Of a stretch of 64,000 bases of DNA, positions 17,942-26,647 are shown piece by piece. Each line of letters opens with the position of its first letter. Position 1 is the stretch's first letter. A program made the translations under genes and the position numbers. The stretch is from Acidovorax sp. (GTDB taxonomy: Bacteria; Pseudomonadota; Gammaproteobacteria; Burkholderiales; Burkholderiaceae_C): NCBI GenBank assembly GCA_036786185.1, contig DAIQRN010000001.1, positions 13,699-77,698 on the forward strand. Reading direction: 5' to 3'. Below the pieces are notes generated by a model, which saw only the letters and a list, made by a program, of their open reading frames with translations, did no database searches and was not told where the DNA came from.

Positions 17942-18580
17942 TCACTTTCCGTTTGAATCGTTTGAACTTTTCGAACCGTTTAAAAAATCGATCAGGTGTT
18001 GGTACCGCTGGCGGTCATCGGCGCAGCTCTTGGCGTTGGCGGCGTGGTTGGCCCAGGCGTCATCGAGCGTGAGGCCGGAGCTTTCGGCACAGGCTTCGTT
18101 TGCAGCAGCGTCGGCGCCTTCGGTGGCACCAGCAGGGCCGCAGGCACCGGTCGCGGCATCAATACCTGTGAGGGCGCCGTTCCACATGCGGACAGCAGCA
18201 AGAGTGAGCACAGGGCCGCTATCGACAGCAGCTGCAGGCGCAGGCCGCTGGTCCGGGCCCGGCGCTTGAGACCCGGGGGCAGCACCGCTGGCAGCCACAG
18301 CCACTGGGCCAGGCACAACAAGAGGCACACGGTGGCGGAGGTCTTGATAGAGGGAATCCAGAGCGGCATAGCGGTCTTCCTGGTCGAGGTGTTCGGAGAT
18401 GTAGTGGGCGGCGGCCTGGTCGGCGCGCGCGGTTTCCTTGGCTGTTTCATCGCGCTCGGCTTCCAGCTCTTTTGCGTGCTTGGCCTGCCAGGCGTTGTCG
18501 GTGGCATTGCTGCCCCACCAATAGCCACCACCAACCAAGGCCAGGGAAGAAATCAGGGCGAGCAGGAGACGTGCGGCCAT
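17942..18580 (-). CDS. Inner-membrane spanin (Rz-like)
   Basis: N-terminal TM, coiled coil; downstream of the endolysin. Confidence 0.7.
   Translation of the reverse strand: MAARLLLALISSLALVGGGYWWGSNATDNAWQAKHAKELEAERDETAKETARADQAAAHYISEHLDQEDRYAALDSLYQDLRHRVPLVVPGPVAVAASGAAPGSQAPGPDQRPAPAAAVDSGPVLTLAAVRMWNGALTGIDAATGACGPAGATEGADAAANEACAESSGLTLDDAWANHAANAKSCADDRQRYQHLIDFLNGSKSSNDSNGK
17992..18369 (-). CDS. Embedded outer-membrane spanin lipoprotein (Rz1-like); start uncertain
   Basis: Alternate frame inside Rz with lipobox LLLLSAC and a Pro-rich mature part. Confidence 0.55.
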   Translation of the reverse strand: MPLWIPSIKTSATVCLLLCLAQWLWLPAVLPPGLKRRARTSGLRLQLLSIAALCSLLLLSACGTAPSQVLMPRPVPAALLVPPKAPTLLQTKPVPKAPASRSMTPGPTTPPTPRAAPMTASGTNT

Positions 18581-18594
18581 GGCGTTCTCAATGC

Positions 18595-18701
18595 TCAATG
18601 CGGCAGTTGGCCGACCATCCACATGGCGGCCAGCGCCAGGGCGATGAAGGCAATGACGATGCTTGCTGCAATGCCCACAGGAGGCGTCTGAGCTTCTCCA
18701 T
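18595..18701 (-). pseudogene. Small TM protein apparently split by a 1-nt deletion
   Basis: Adding one G after CTG TGG gives MEKLRRLLWGIAASIVIAFIALALAAMWMVGQLPH. Confidence 0.35.
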
Positions 18702-19285
18702 TACTGCAGCTCCATGCACGTCTTGTGGCGGGCCTGCTGGCGGGTCCAGACGCCCATGCAGACCTTGTTGCCCGGCGTGCTGCAGTCGAACTCCCAACGC
18801 AGCGCTCTGCCTTGCGCGTCACGCTTGCTCACCACCCAGCCCGGACCTTCCTGGCGGGCGCTGGTCAGCTTGCGGTACTGCAGTAACTCAAAGCAGGCCG
18901 CTGGGTAGTTGCCCGCCTGCAGCTCACGCCGCATGCCGGAAGTGAGCCAGGCGCGATTGCCGTACTGGTACACCCAGTCCATGTACAGGTCGTACTCGCC
19001 CTGGTGCAGCGCCACGCCTGGCAGGCTGTTGCGAAACAAGGTCTCTTCCCGGCTGATGTGTGCCTGGGCTTTGATGAGTGCGCGGACAGGCGTGGTGGTG
19101 TCGCCCGTTTTCACAGGCGTTCCGTCCTCGTGGAAGGTGGAGCCAAAGCCCACGGTTGGCCGGTCGCCCTGGGTGGGGATGACGGCGCGGTCGGTGTAGC
19201 CCTCGTGCACCACCAGCCCCACCAATGCGGTGGCCGACAGCGACAGCACCGCCACGGCCTGGCGCGGGGTGATGTGCCCGAACAT
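18701..19285 (-). CDS. Endolysin (GH24 lysozyme, probable SAR type)
   Basis: Weakly hydrophobic N-terminus, then HEG...GD.PTVGFG catalytic pattern. Confidence 0.85.
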   Translation of the reverse strand: MFGHITPRQAVAVLSLSATALVGLVVHEGYTDRAVIPTQGDRPTVGFGSTFHEDGTPVKTGDTTTPVRALIKAQAHISREETLFRNSLPGVALHQGEYDLYMDWVYQYGNRAWLTSGMRRELQAGNYPAACFELLQYRKLTSARQEGPGWVVSKRDAQGRALRWEFDCSTPGNKVCMGVWTRQQARHKTCMELQ

Positions 19286-19355
19286 TGGTGAGCGCCGCCT
19301 GACGCGGGACAATGGTCGCTTCTCAACACCACCATTGCCAACGAAAGGGGCACTC

Positions 19356-19535
19356 ATGACAGAACCACAGGCAGCAGATATTGCCAACAAAATCATTGGC
19401 CTTCTCCTGACCCATCAGCCGGACGTGCTTGGCAAGTCCGCCTTAATCGACCAAGAAGAGGCGCAGAAGGCGGCAAGCAACATTGCCGCGTTTCGTCTGA
19501 AGTTGATTCAGGATCTGACGTCCCAGCCCCATTGA
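19356..19535 (+). CDS. 59-aa antisense moron protein
   Basis: RBS AAAGGGG; MTEPQAADIANKIIGLLL...; upstream hairpin. Confidence 0.6.
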   Translation: MTEPQAADIANKIIGLLLTHQPDVLGKSALIDQEEAQKAASNIAAFRLKLIQDLTSQPH

Positions 19536-19734
19536 GGGCGTCTCGGTAAACCCGCCCAGCCTGCCCCCCGAATTCATCGGAGGGGTAGGTGTCAGCTTTT
19601 GCTTTGGCCCATTCCTGCGCCGCCGCCAGTCCCACCTGGTGGCGGCGTTCGTTTTTTCGTGTGCAGACAAAAACAACGGTCGCAACGACCGATATACACA
19701 CGATGCCCAGGAGAAAAGCGGTTGTGATTCCCAT
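19393..19734 (-). CDS. Membrane protein at the head of the lysis operon (holin/antiholin candidate)
   Basis: MGITTAFLLGIVCISVVATVVFV TM helix; 3' part overlapped by the antisense moron. Confidence 0.45.
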   Translation of the reverse strand: MGITTAFLLGIVCISVVATVVFVCTRKNERRHQVGLAAAQEWAKAKADTYPSDEFGGQAGRVYRDALNGAGTSDPESTSDETRQCCLPPSAPLLGRLRRTCQARPADGSGEGQ

Positions 19735-19761
19735 GGCCCCGACTGTCACGGCGAGGGCACA

Positions 19762-19789
19762 AAAAACTAAGGCCAGCATGTGCTGGCCT
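19762..19789 (-). promoter_or_regulatory. Dyad AGGCCAGCA-nn-TGCTGGCCT plus T-run: terminator and/or Mor/C-type activator site
   Basis: Inverted repeat at 19770-19789, 36 nt above the ATG at 19734 and just below the stop at 19812. Confidence 0.5.
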
Positions 19790-19811
19790 GAGGGTGGTAG
19801 GTGCGCCTATC

Positions 19812-20234
19812 TCATCGCAAGTTGGCAAGCACCAATCGGAACTTTCGCCCAATGTCTACTAGCGACACCAACGCGGCAGCATGCAGCCCCATCAGAACCG
19901 CGAGCAGCCACCGCACTGGCGGAGCGCCGAACAGCAAGGCAAAACCGCACAGTGCTATTGCAAGAAAGAACATGCATCCGACGAAGATGGTTTGAAGCAG
20001 ATCGTCATAGTGCCCTGTCTTCTTCATGCGCTCCACCAAGGTGGTATTACTGATGCTGGCAAGCACGGCCAATGCCGCCAACATGAAACCCAGCATGGTT
20101 GCCGCAATTGATGCCACCGAACCGGAAAACCCCAGCGTCGCAGCCGCATCGGGCAAGCCCGGTGCCCAGCCATAGTGCCAACTCGCCAAAGACATGGCCG
20201 CAGCAGCAAGCAAAGGGGCAATCACTGGACTCAT
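19812..20234 (-). CDS. 140-aa multi-TM protein (RexB-like position and size)
   Basis: About four hydrophobic segments; third gene in the repressor operon. Confidence 0.8.
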   Translation of the reverse strand: MSPVIAPLLAAAAMSLASWHYGWAPGLPDAAATLGFSGSVASIAATMLGFMLAALAVLASISNTTLVERMKKTGHYDDLLQTIFVGCMFFLAIALCGFALLFGAPPVRWLLAVLMGLHAAALVSLVDIGRKFRLVLANLR

Positions 20235-20241
20235 GACAAGA

Positions 20242-21090
20242 TTAATCCTCCGGTTCGAGGTTCGTAGTGTCGTCTGCGGCAAGAGCTGCGCGATTGCGCT
20301 CATAGGCGTCTTCCAATTCGCTGAAAACATCCGCAGCTCTAGGGTATCTGCCGAACTGCTCCACATGAATCTTATCCTTGAGCGGTGCGGCGAACAACTC
20401 GATGGGGTCGGATTCATCTGTGAGCCGGACGCGGATTTTCTCCACCCCCTGCAATCTGAGCGCCTCCCGCACCATTGCCTTGACCTTGGTCGATAGTTTT
20501 CCTCCACGCTCTGCGCGGAAGTCAAATCGCGCAAACCCGGCGTCGATCTGCTTCATGGTGTTGAACTGATCCTGGTTCCACTTCGGGGAGCGGGCATCCA
20601 GCGATGGAGGGCGGTCGAAACTGTAGGACACCTCGTAGATGGAACGGTTCATGATTTCCTCAATCCGCCCTTCATTGGTGATCGGCGGAACCAGCACCGG
20701 TTCGCCGTGCAGTTGGCTCATGTAGTCCTCAAAGCGCGACATTCCGCCAGACGCTCTGTTGAGCTGCCACACAAGCAGGTTACCCAGCTCGCGGTGCAGA
20801 AAGTGGCATTTCTCCAAAAGCCTGTCCCCATCCTCAAGCTCAAGCTCCTTTTCTACGTCCGCGCTGGTGACCAAATGAGGGGCGTCGTCGCGCAGCTTGC
20901 CGAACGTGCCCTTCCACACCCGCCCAACCTTGTGCAGATCGCGCACCTGATAGCGGTCGCCACTCAGGTCAATTGCGGGCAAATGCTGCCCATGGGTAGT
21001 GTGCAAAGCCCCCAAAACGCTCGATAGCGAGCCTGCAAACCGTCCCACCACCGGGCGTGCGAAGCGCACTTGATACTTGCGTTTTGCCAT
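20242..21090 (-). CDS. 282-aa soluble protein (DUF6731/RexA/RdgC-like candidate)
   Basis: RBS GAAGGAGGG; directly downstream of the repressor; family call from sequence pattern only. Confidence 0.7.
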   Translation of the reverse strand: MAKRKYQVRFARPVVGRFAGSLSSVLGALHTTHGQHLPAIDLSGDRYQVRDLHKVGRVWKGTFGKLRDDAPHLVTSADVEKELELEDGDRLLEKCHFLHRELGNLLVWQLNRASGGMSRFEDYMSQLHGEPVLVPPITNEGRIEEIMNRSIYEVSYSFDRPPSLDARSPKWNQDQFNTMKQIDAGFARFDFRAERGGKLSTKVKAMVREALRLQGVEKIRVRLTDESDPIELFAAPLKDKIHVEQFGRYPRAADVFSELEDAYERNRAALAADDTTNLEPED

Positions 21091-21124
21091 TTCATCCCTC
21101 CTTCAGAAATTGTCATTGGCCGCG

Positions 21125-21514
21125 TCACGCAGCCTTGGGCTTGCGCTTGCCGCTCGATTGCGCGAGTGCAGCGCCTGTAACCTCTAGGGCTCGCCGCCCC
21201 TCCTCTGCAGATGCGCGGTAGTTTGCGATCAGTGCTGCCTCACGTTCATTCAGAACCGCTTCCTGTAAGCCCTCTCTGCGCACCACCGGTGACGCAGCCG
21301 TTTGCAACGCATCAGCGTCGCCGCGCAACCATTCCACGGCATAGCCAGTTGCCTTGGACGCTTCGATTAGTACGAGCTTGGGCACCATGTCCCGCGTTCG
21401 CCATACGCGCAGCGTCCCCACGTCTCTGCCCAACTGCATAGCCAGCGCTCCCTCATCGGACACGCCGTATGCCTCCATGAGGCGCGCTATTGATAGTTCA
21501 GCAGCAGCATTCAT
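21125..21514 (-). CDS. Phage repressor (CI-like HTH)
   Basis: N-terminal HTH 'LAMQLGRDVGTLRVWRTR...VEWLRG'; divergent from the early operon. Confidence 0.8.
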   Translation of the reverse strand: MNAAAELSIARLMEAYGVSDEGALAMQLGRDVGTLRVWRTRDMVPKLVLIEASKATGYAVEWLRGDADALQTAASPVVRREGLQEAVLNEREAALIANYRASAEEGRRALEVTGAALAQSSGKRKPKAA

Positions 21515-21551
21515 AGGGACTCCAAAAAAAAACGTGCGACGACTTGCGCGA

Positions 21552-21621
21552 CGTTTCAATATGAAATATCATCGTTTCAACTTGAAATTCAATCAAGCAA
21601 TTCATTGCGTTTATATAAACG
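21552..21621. promoter_or_regulatory. Operators/divergent promoters of the genetic switch
   Basis: CGTTTCAATATGAAAT at 21552, CGTTTCAACTTGAAAT at 21573, palindrome CGTTTATATAAACG at 21608, all in an AT-rich spacer. Confidence 0.7.
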
Positions 21622-21631
21622 GAGCGACTTT

Positions 21632-21889
21632 ATGCGAAACCGAACTGCGGGCGATTTTTTAAAGGAACTGGAAGACAAAAACATCAGCGTGGCTCAGTGG
21701 TGCCGCGACCATCAGATGGCTACCAGCACCGTCTGGGCTGTTGTGGATGGCCGTGTGCTCGGCCGAAGCGGAGAGGCGCGCCGCGCCATGCAGTTGATGA
21801 AGCTGCCGCTGCCTTCGGCTCGGCGCAATTACCCCAGAAAAGTGCGCACATCACGCAAGGCCAGCACTTCTGCAGGCGCCGCTGCATGA
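21632..21889 (+). CDS. Ner/Cro-like DNA-binding protein (BcepMu gp16-like)
   Basis: 'ISVAQWCRDH...VWAVVDGR..GRSGEARR' pattern; first early gene. Confidence 0.75.
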   Translation: MRNRTAGDFLKELEDKNISVAQWCRDHQMATSTVWAVVDGRVLGRSGEARRAMQLMKLPLPSARRNYPRKVRTSRKASTSAGAAA

Positions 21890-22257
21890 AGCCCCGCCTC
21901 AAGCTCTCGGCAACGGGGGAGCTCTTCGTTATTTCGCCCGGCTCCGTCCTATGGAGCGAGAAAAGCGCAAAGCTTTTTTTAACCCAGCACTACGGATCAG
22001 TGAAGGCTTTCTCTGACCGTTTCGGCTGCTCCTATAGCGCCGCCATCGTGGCTTTGGCCTCACCGTGGGCACGTCAGCGCGCGGGGAAAGTCGCCAAGGT
22101 ACGCCAAATTTTGGGGCTACCCAGTACACCCACCCAAAAGGCGCTGATATCCGCAGCCGCTTTGCAGCGCAAAGAGGACTCGATCAGCCTGACTAGGAAC
22201 ACACAGGCCCTCAAGCCGATGAAAGCCAAGAAGGCCCGCAAGGCCAAGGGGGAGTGA
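21886..22257 (+). CDS. Second small DNA-binding-like protein
   Basis: 'SVKAFSDRFG.SY...RAGKVAKVRQILGL' resembles the same fold; ATGA coupling. Confidence 0.5.
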   Translation: MKPRLKLSATGELFVISPGSVLWSEKSAKLFLTQHYGSVKAFSDRFGCSYSAAIVALASPWARQRAGKVAKVRQILGLPSTPTQKALISAAALQRKEDSISLTRNTQALKPMKAKKARKAKGE

Positions 22258-24512
22258 ATATGCCTTGGTTCACCATTCGCGAGCTATCAGGTCTCCCGGG
22301 CTTTGAGATGACGCCACGCGCCGTGCGTGACAAGCTGATTAGATTGAGCACCCCTGGCCGCCCACGCACCGGTCGCGAAGGCGGCGGCGGCCTCGAGTAC
22401 GACACCTCGGCCCTCCCGGCCGAAACCCGCGCCGCCATCACCGCCCGCATCGTGGCCCAGGCCGCCACCACCGCGCTGGCCCTGGCCCAGGTCGAACCGG
22501 CGTCCGCACCCGTGCGCTCATTCGCCTCCCCAGCCAAGCCGCTGCCCGACCAGCTGGTGCCGGTCCCCTCACGCCGCCCGCCCAGCGTGGCCGACAAGGC
22601 CGTGGCCGACGCTCGCGTGCAACTGGTCAACATGCTGCACGACCTGGTGCCCCTGCACGGCATCAAGAAGGGCTGCGCCATCCTGGCCGGGCAGATCGCC
22701 ATCAGCGAAGCGGGCAGCAGCCTGGTAGCCCTGGCCCGCGCCTCCAACCAGCGGGCGCGGGGCGACATGGTCAGCGCCCGGACGCTGGAGCGCTGGGCAA
22801 GCCAGCACCGCGCCAGCGGCTGGTGGGGCCTGCTGCCGGTGGTGGCCGAGGTGGCCCCGCTGATCAGCCTGGACGATGACGTGGCCCGCGTGATCGGCCT
22901 GTACCACAGCGTGGACGCCCGCTTTCGCAAGCTCACCCGCGCCGCCCTGCAGGTCACCAAAGACCTGGGGCGCGACCGCGACACCTGGCAGGCCCTGTAT
23001 GCCCGCGCCCGCCGCGCTCTGGACAAGCTGGGCCAGTCGCACGAATTCTCGGTGGGCCTGATCAAGGCCCGCCACACCGGCTCCGAGCGCGATGCCAAAC
23101 TGCCCTTTAAAAAGCGCGCCACCGAAGACCTGGACCCTACCGATATCTATGTGATCGACGGCCACACCTTCAAGGCCAAGGTGCGGCACCCTGATCACGG
23201 CGCACCGTTCGCGCCCGAGTTCACTGCGGTGTTGAGCTGGGGCACGCGCAAGATCGTGGGCTGGTCGGTGTCCCTGTCCGAGAACGTGACGGCGGTGGGC
23301 GACGCCCTGCGCCACGCCATCTCCAACCACGGTATCCCCGCCATCGTGTACAGCGACAACGGGTCGGGCGAAACCGCCAAGGCCTTGGACTGCCCGGTGG
23401 TCGGCATCATGGCCCGGCTGGGCATTGACCACCGCACCGGCATCCCAGGCAAGCCGCAGGCGCGCGGTGTGATCGAGCGCAGCTGGCAGACCCACGCCAT
23501 CAACTGCGCACGCCAGTTTGGCTCGTACCAGGGCAAGGATGTGGACGGCGGCACCTTCCGCAAGGCAGCAGCCGAGCTGGCAAAGGAGCAGCGCGCCGTG
23601 CTGCGCGCCGAGAAGACGGGCGAGGTGATCAAGCTCAGCAACAAGGCGCCCACCTGGAAGCAGTTCATCGACGCCATCGAGAAGATGGTGGACGAGTACA
23701 ACAACGAGCACCGCCACCGCAGCCTGCCCAAGCGCGCAGACGGCAAGCGCATGACACCCGCCGAGGCCTGGGAGCACATGGCCGACCCGGCCCTGCGCGA
23801 CATGCCCACCAAGGGCGAGCTGCGCGACCTGTTCATGCCCGCCATGGTGCGCACCGCCAAGCGCGGCCAGGTCACCCTGCTCAACCAGGACTACCAGGCG
23901 CCCGAGCTGATGCGCCGCGATGTGGATGGCCGCGAGGTCAGCGTGCGCTACGACATCCACGACCCCAACTACGTGTTGGTCTACACGCTGGACGGCATGT
24001 TTGTGTGTGAGGCGCTGTGGCAGGCCAACCGCATCGACGCCATGCCCAAGGCAGCCGTGCAGATTGCACGCGAGACCCGCGCCGCCGCCACCATCAAGCG
24101 CCGCCAGCAGCAGATCGACCTGGCGCTGCGCGAGCTGCAGGCGCCCGTCGATGCCGCGCCCAGCTCCAGCTCCAACCCCGTTTTCCTGTCAGGGCCAGCA
24201 GCCCCCGAGGCGCTGCCCTTCGTGGAGGTGATTTCTCCCTCCTCCCCTGCCGCTCTTGCTTCCACGGGCGAGGCTGTGCAAACGGCTTCGGACAGGCCTT
24301 TCTTCGACACGCCCAGCGATCGCTACGAGTGGCTGATGCACCACCAGGGCACCTGGACATCGGAAGACGACGCATGGCTGGCCACCTATGTGGCGAGCGA
24401 TGACTACGAGGGGCTGGCCGACTACTACGTAGGCCGTGGACTGGACTGGAAGAAGGCGGGCAGCGGCAGCAGCAGCAGCGATGACGCCCCCGTTTTTAAG
24501 AGTGCCCTGTGA
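22254..24512 (+). CDS. Mu-like DDE transposase (A)
   Basis: N-terminal Mu DNA-binding domain; DGH, YSDNGSG and GVIERSW motifs; Mu transposase C-terminal domain. Confidence 0.95.
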   Translation: MNMPWFTIRELSGLPGFEMTPRAVRDKLIRLSTPGRPRTGREGGGGLEYDTSALPAETRAAITARIVAQAATTALALAQVEPASAPVRSFASPAKPLPDQLVPVPSRRPPSVADKAVADARVQLVNMLHDLVPLHGIKKGCAILAGQIAISEAGSSLVALARASNQRARGDMVSARTLERWASQHRASGWWGLLPVVAEVAPLISLDDDVARVIGLYHSVDARFRKLTRAALQVTKDLGRDRDTWQALYARARRALDKLGQSHEFSVGLIKARHTGSERDAKLPFKKRATEDLDPTDIYVIDGHTFKAKVRHPDHGAPFAPEFTAVLSWGTRKIVGWSVSLSENVTAVGDALRHAISNHGIPAIVYSDNGSGETAKALDCPVVGIMARLGIDHRTGIPGKPQARGVIERSWQTHAINCARQFGSYQGKDVDGGTFRKAAAELAKEQRAVLRAEKTGEVIKLSNKAPTWKQFIDAIEKMVDEYNNEHRHRSLPKRADGKRMTPAEAWEHMADPALRDMPTKGELRDLFMPAMVRTAKRGQVTLLNQDYQAPELMRRDVDGREVSVRYDIHDPNYVLVYTLDGMFVCEALWQANRIDAMPKAAVQIARETRAAATIKRRQQQIDLALRELQAPVDAAPSSSSNPVFLSGPAAPEALPFVEVISPSSPAALASTGEAVQTASDRPFFDTPSDRYEWLMHHQGTWTSEDDAWLATYVASDDYEGLADYYVGRGLDWKKAGSGSSSSDDAPVFKSAL

Positions 24513-24581
24513 CGGCTGCAACCGCCACAGAGCGTGCCTGAGTTGATTTTTGAGAACCGAACAAGCAAGGAGAACTTTACT

Positions 24582-25322
24582 GTGAAAAAAGGCTTTGTCA
24601 AAACCGAGAACTTCAAGCGCCTGGCCGAAGCCCAGAAGCTGGTGGAGCGCCGGGGCGCCCGCGAGGCGGGCCTGGTGCTGGTCAAGGGCCACTACGGCAT
24701 CGGCAAGTCCGAGTTGACCGAGCGCTGGGCAGCCGACAGCGGCTGGGTGTTTGTGCGTGCCAAGGTCACCTGGACCAAGCGCGCTTTGCTGGACGAGCTG
24801 GCCGACAAGATGGGTCTGTCCAAGGTGGGCCGCAACCAGGAGGTGCAGGCCCGCATCATCGGCAAGCTGGCCGTGGACATGGTGCCCATGATCGTGGACG
24901 AGGCCGACTTCCTGGTGGGCACCAGCGCCAGTCTGCTGGAGGTGATCCGCGACATCACGGACCTGACCGGCACCATGTGCTTTCTGGTCGGCATGGAACA
25001 GTTCCCCATGAAAGTGGCGCGCCACGGCCACATTGCCAGCCGCGTGGCCAAGGTGGTCGAGTTGCTGCCCCTGTCGCTCCCCGACGTGAAGGCCACAGTG
25101 GCCGCCAAGTCTGAGGTGCTGATTGCCGACGAGGTGCTGCCCGAGCTGCTGGCACAGGCCAATGGCCGCATGCGGCTGATCCTGAACGCCATCGCCAATA
25201 TCGAGCAATGGGCGCAGGCCAATAGCTGGAGCAAGGTGGAGCTGGAGCACATCAAGAACCGCCCTTTATGCACCGAGTTCAGCGGCGTGCAGCTGGGCCG
25301 CCGCCGGGGGGCTGTGGAATGA
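24582..25322 (+). CDS. Transposition ATPase (MuB-like AAA+)
   Basis: GTG start with AAGGAG RBS; Walker A GHYGIGKS, Walker B IVDEAD. Confidence 0.9.
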   Translation: MKKGFVKTENFKRLAEAQKLVERRGAREAGLVLVKGHYGIGKSELTERWAADSGWVFVRAKVTWTKRALLDELADKMGLSKVGRNQEVQARIIGKLAVDMVPMIVDEADFLVGTSASLLEVIRDITDLTGTMCFLVGMEQFPMKVARHGHIASRVAKVVELLPLSLPDVKATVAAKSEVLIADEVLPELLAQANGRMRLILNAIANIEQWAQANSWSKVELEHIKNRPLCTEFSGVQLGRRRGAVE

Positions 25323-25983
25323 AGACGCCTTTCTGGTTTGTTCCGCTGATCCTGCTGGCGCTGGGCCGCCAGTTCACGCGCCGAACTCGGCCTTTTACCG
25401 AGAGCGAGTTGCTGGCCTGGGCGCCCGACCTGGGCGCGCCCAAGACGGTGCGCACCGCGTGCCAGACCTTGCAGCGCAGCGGCCTGCTGGAGCGCGCACC
25501 CGATGTGACACCCAAGGGCAAGCGCAGGCCCACAAACCCGCACACCTGGCGACTGACTGCCGACGGCTTCGAGGCCTGCCGCAGTGCGGTGCAAGAGGCT
25601 GGCCACCAGGCGCGCGCAGCTGCCAGCCGAGCCCGGTGCCAGCGCCAGATTGGCGCCACGCTGTATGGCCGCCTGTGGAACCTGCTGCGCAACCGCAGGC
25701 AACTGACGGCCGAGGAGGCGGTGACGACACTGGCCGACGCAGGAGAGGACACCACCAGCCTGCAAAGCAGCGTGGCGCGCTACCTGCGCGGCTGGAAGGT
25801 AGCACTGCCCGGCCATATCCAGGTCAGCGCTCGCCGGGTCAACGGCTTCAAGCGCTTCGTGGTGGTCAAAGACTTGCCCCCACGCCGCCGCCTGCCAAGC
25901 CTGACGCCTCGACCACCCCAGCCGCCCGCCCCGCGCCAGCCACCCCGGTCTCCTCGGTCTCTCAGGAGGCCTCAGCGCAATGA
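25319..25983 (+). pseudogene. Winged-helix early protein with an apparent 1-nt deletion near 25875
   Basis: Span is 665 nt; the expected C-terminus (PTPPPAKP...EASAQ*) lies in another frame and ends at an ATGA overlap with the next gene. Confidence 0.55.
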
Positions 25984-26417
25984 CGCTTTCGACGCTTTCC
26001 TACCAACAAGAACCATGGTTTGCACTTCTCCAATCTCGCACCGAGGGCACGCAGCGCACCCTGATCGCCAAGCAGCTGGGCATCAGCCCCGCCACGCTGA
26101 GCCAGGTGCTCAACGGCAGTGGCCTGTATGGCACGGGCCAAGCCAGCACGGAACGCATCGCCGACAAGGTGCTGCACACCTTTGGCCGCTACACCTGCCC
26201 GCACCTGACCGAAGAGGCGGCAGGCGAGCCGCAGGTGGTGACAGCCGCGCAGTGCCGGGCCTATGCCCACAGCGCTCCGCCCACGGGCAGCCCCCGCGCC
26301 ATGCAGCACTGGCAGGCCTGCCGCCAATGCCCCCACAAGGCCGCCAGCGCCCCGCCCGCGCTGCGCGACCCCCAGCCCCGCCCCAAGAGGTTCGTACCTA
26401 TCCAGGAGGTCAAGTGA
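25980..26417 (+). CDS. HTH protein with Cys motifs
   Basis: 'IAKQLGISPATLSQVLNG', 'CPHL', 'ACRQCPH'. Confidence 0.8.
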   Translation: MTLSTLSYQQEPWFALLQSRTEGTQRTLIAKQLGISPATLSQVLNGSGLYGTGQASTERIADKVLHTFGRYTCPHLTEEAAGEPQVVTAAQCRAYAHSAPPTGSPRAMQHWQACRQCPHKAASAPPALRDPQPRPKRFVPIQEVK

Positions 26418-26647
26418 AAGCTCTCTTTAAAACCTTCGTCGTCGGCGGCCCGCTGGGCCTGGCCCACGCGCTGCGCGAGGCCTGGCTGGCCCACCGCATC
26501 CACCGTGTGTCTACCTACATCACCCGCGAGCGAGCCCTGCACCGTGAGCACATGGAGCAGCTGCGCGCCGAGCTGGACGCACTGCAGACCCGCCAGGTCA
26601 GCGCCACCCACCGCGCCACTTCGTTCTGGAAAGGCCTGTCGTCATGA
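26414..26647 (+). CDS. Hypothetical early protein
   Basis: GTG start with AGGAGG RBS; coupled to neighbours. Confidence 0.6.
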   Translation: MKALFKTFVVGGPLGLAHALREAWLAHRIHRVSTYITRERALHREHMEQLRAELDALQTRQVSATHRATSFWKGLSS

